Positions 62,980 to 64,000 of a stretch of DNA of 64,000 nt are shown in pieces. The stretch comes from Nitrospiraceae bacterium (GTDB lineage Bacteria; Nitrospirota; Nitrospiria; Nitrospirales; Nitrospiraceae), in assembly GCA_009692155.1 (NCBI GenBank), contig SHZW01000009.1, positions 12,272 through 76,271 of the forward strand. The letters run 5' to 3'. How positions within the stretch are numbered: position 1 is the stretch's first letter; every line of letters begins with the position of its first letter. A program made the translations under genes and the position numbers. The notes beneath the pieces were generated by a model that worked only from the letters and a program-made list of their open reading frames with translations, did not search any database and was not told where the DNA came from.

Positions 62980-63106
62980 CGGGTGGGCTCGCCGCTCGCT
63001 CCCTCAACGTCCTGTCGTAAGGGCGCCTCGGGCTCTCGCGGCTCCACGCACCCGTCTCGTCACGCGACTGCGTGATTTCGCGACGAACCGTCATGAAGAA
63101 AGCGGG

Positions 63107-63796
63107 TTAATAGCCTTCTCGTACTATCCGTTTGTTCTGAAGCAATATCCCGTCGCGCGAGCAGGTCCGTTCCAATAAGCGAAAGTGGACCTCCGAGTCC
63201 GTCACTGCCTCGAGTGTGTGCTGCCGGCAGAGTCGGACGGTGTAGACCAGGGCGGCTGAAGTTTTGACCAGCGCCAGGGCATATTCGTAGATATAGCTTT
63301 CATCGAGCGCCAGGCGGCGCCGGCTCAGTGCCTGCGCCTGCTCCACGGAGCAAGCCTGTGCGAGATGTGTCTCTTCCAGCAAACGAAGCAGTGCCGCGGG
63401 GCCGGGCACTGTCGAACTGCCGACGGCAAAACTGTGCGAGAGATCGAAGAGCCCCCGTTGAAACCGGCGGTTATTCTTCAGGCCATCGTGGAAGGCGGCC
63501 CGCCACGTCGTGTCTGCCAAATCCCGATCGACGGCCGAAACCGCGTCCGTGTCCAGCGGGCCGTTGACGGAATAGCCCTGGACAATCCGTCCCGTTTCAA
63601 TCATCTCCGGGTGATACTGTCCCATGCGGTCCTGATAGGCCATGGTGCCGCTCATAGGCGTGAGCTGCAAGGCCATGTAGTCCCGAAAGTGAATGGTGTG
63701 ATAGTCTTCGAGCAGGCGCGCCAGCGTCTGTTCGTGGCACAAGTGAAATGGGTAGTAGAGCGCGCGGCGGGCGGATGCTGGCATCGGCACGGTCAT
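63107..63796 (-). CDS. hypothetical protein
   Basis: 229 aa clean ORF with ordinary amino-acid composition. I recognised no motif. Confidence 0.5.
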   Translation of the reverse strand: MTVPMPASARRALYYPFHLCHEQTLARLLEDYHTIHFRDYMALQLTPMSGTMAYQDRMGQYHPEMIETGRIVQGYSVNGPLDTDAVSAVDRDLADTTWRAAFHDGLKNNRRFQRGLFDLSHSFAVGSSTVPGPAALLRLLEETHLAQACSVEQAQALSRRRLALDESYIYEYALALVKTSAALVYTVRLCRQHTLEAVTDSEVHFRLLERTCSRDGILLQNKRIVREGY

Positions 63797-63816
63797 CTGT
63801 TTATACTACCGCTCCT

Positions 63817-64000
63817 ATGCGACAGTGGCTGAACAGTTTCCTGGGGCTCAATCTTCTTTTTATCTTCATTCCGGTCGCGCTGGTCCTGGAGTTTCTCCAC
63901 GCCGATCCCACGGCGATCTTTCTCACCTCAGCCCTGGCCATTATCCCATTAGCCGGGCTGATGGGCAAAGCGACCGAACATCTCACCAGCCACGTCGGGG
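63817..64000 (+). CDS. Ca2+/H+ antiporter (CAX/ChaA family), N-terminal part; continues past the window
   Basis: Own translation from ATG 63817: [61 protein letters not shown]. IIPLAGxxGxATExL is the CAX alpha-repeat signature. Confidence 0.75.
   Translation, partial: MRQWLNSFLGLNLLFIFIPVALVLEFLHADPTAIFLTSALAIIPLAGLMGKATEHLTSHVG

Overview
GC-rich bacterial chromosomal segment with about 70 tightly packed genes, many with 1-8 nt start/stop overlaps. Most of it is core housekeeping: tmk-holB-metG, glmU-glmS, gatC/gatA/gatB, eno-ftsB, era, mgtE, recO, glgA and glgC, potABCD, a czcCBA-type heavy-metal RND pump, def, an ABC exporter and clpS. Gene content and style resemble a Nitrospirota-like genome, but that is inference only. 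I recognised no rRNA, tRNA, CRISPR array, transposase, integrase or prophage genes. Four things stand out. (1) Fifteen intergenic elements share one odd architecture: a run of tandem 6-8 nt words mirrored by the complementary run, forming long imperfect hairpins. They use at least eight different words, including five copies of an NNNAAGTC-octamer element. Several spill into gene ends and encode protein tails. (2) A Ski2/HelY-like SF2 helicase is split exactly at the RecA1/RecA2 boundary into two intact ORFs, with the C-terminal half encoded first. (3) A double protein-thiocarboxylate (sulfur-carrier) locus holds ThiS-like+CysK+ThiF and ThrC+CysO-like+NIL+ThiF modules plus one JAMM peptidase. 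Both carriers have one extra residue after the Gly-Gly end. (4) A radical-SAM/methyltransferase/GT2/GT-C cluster is welded onto tmk-holB-metG, and its GT2 gene carries an in-frame TAG. All functional calls rest on motifs read from the supplied translations. No database search was possible.
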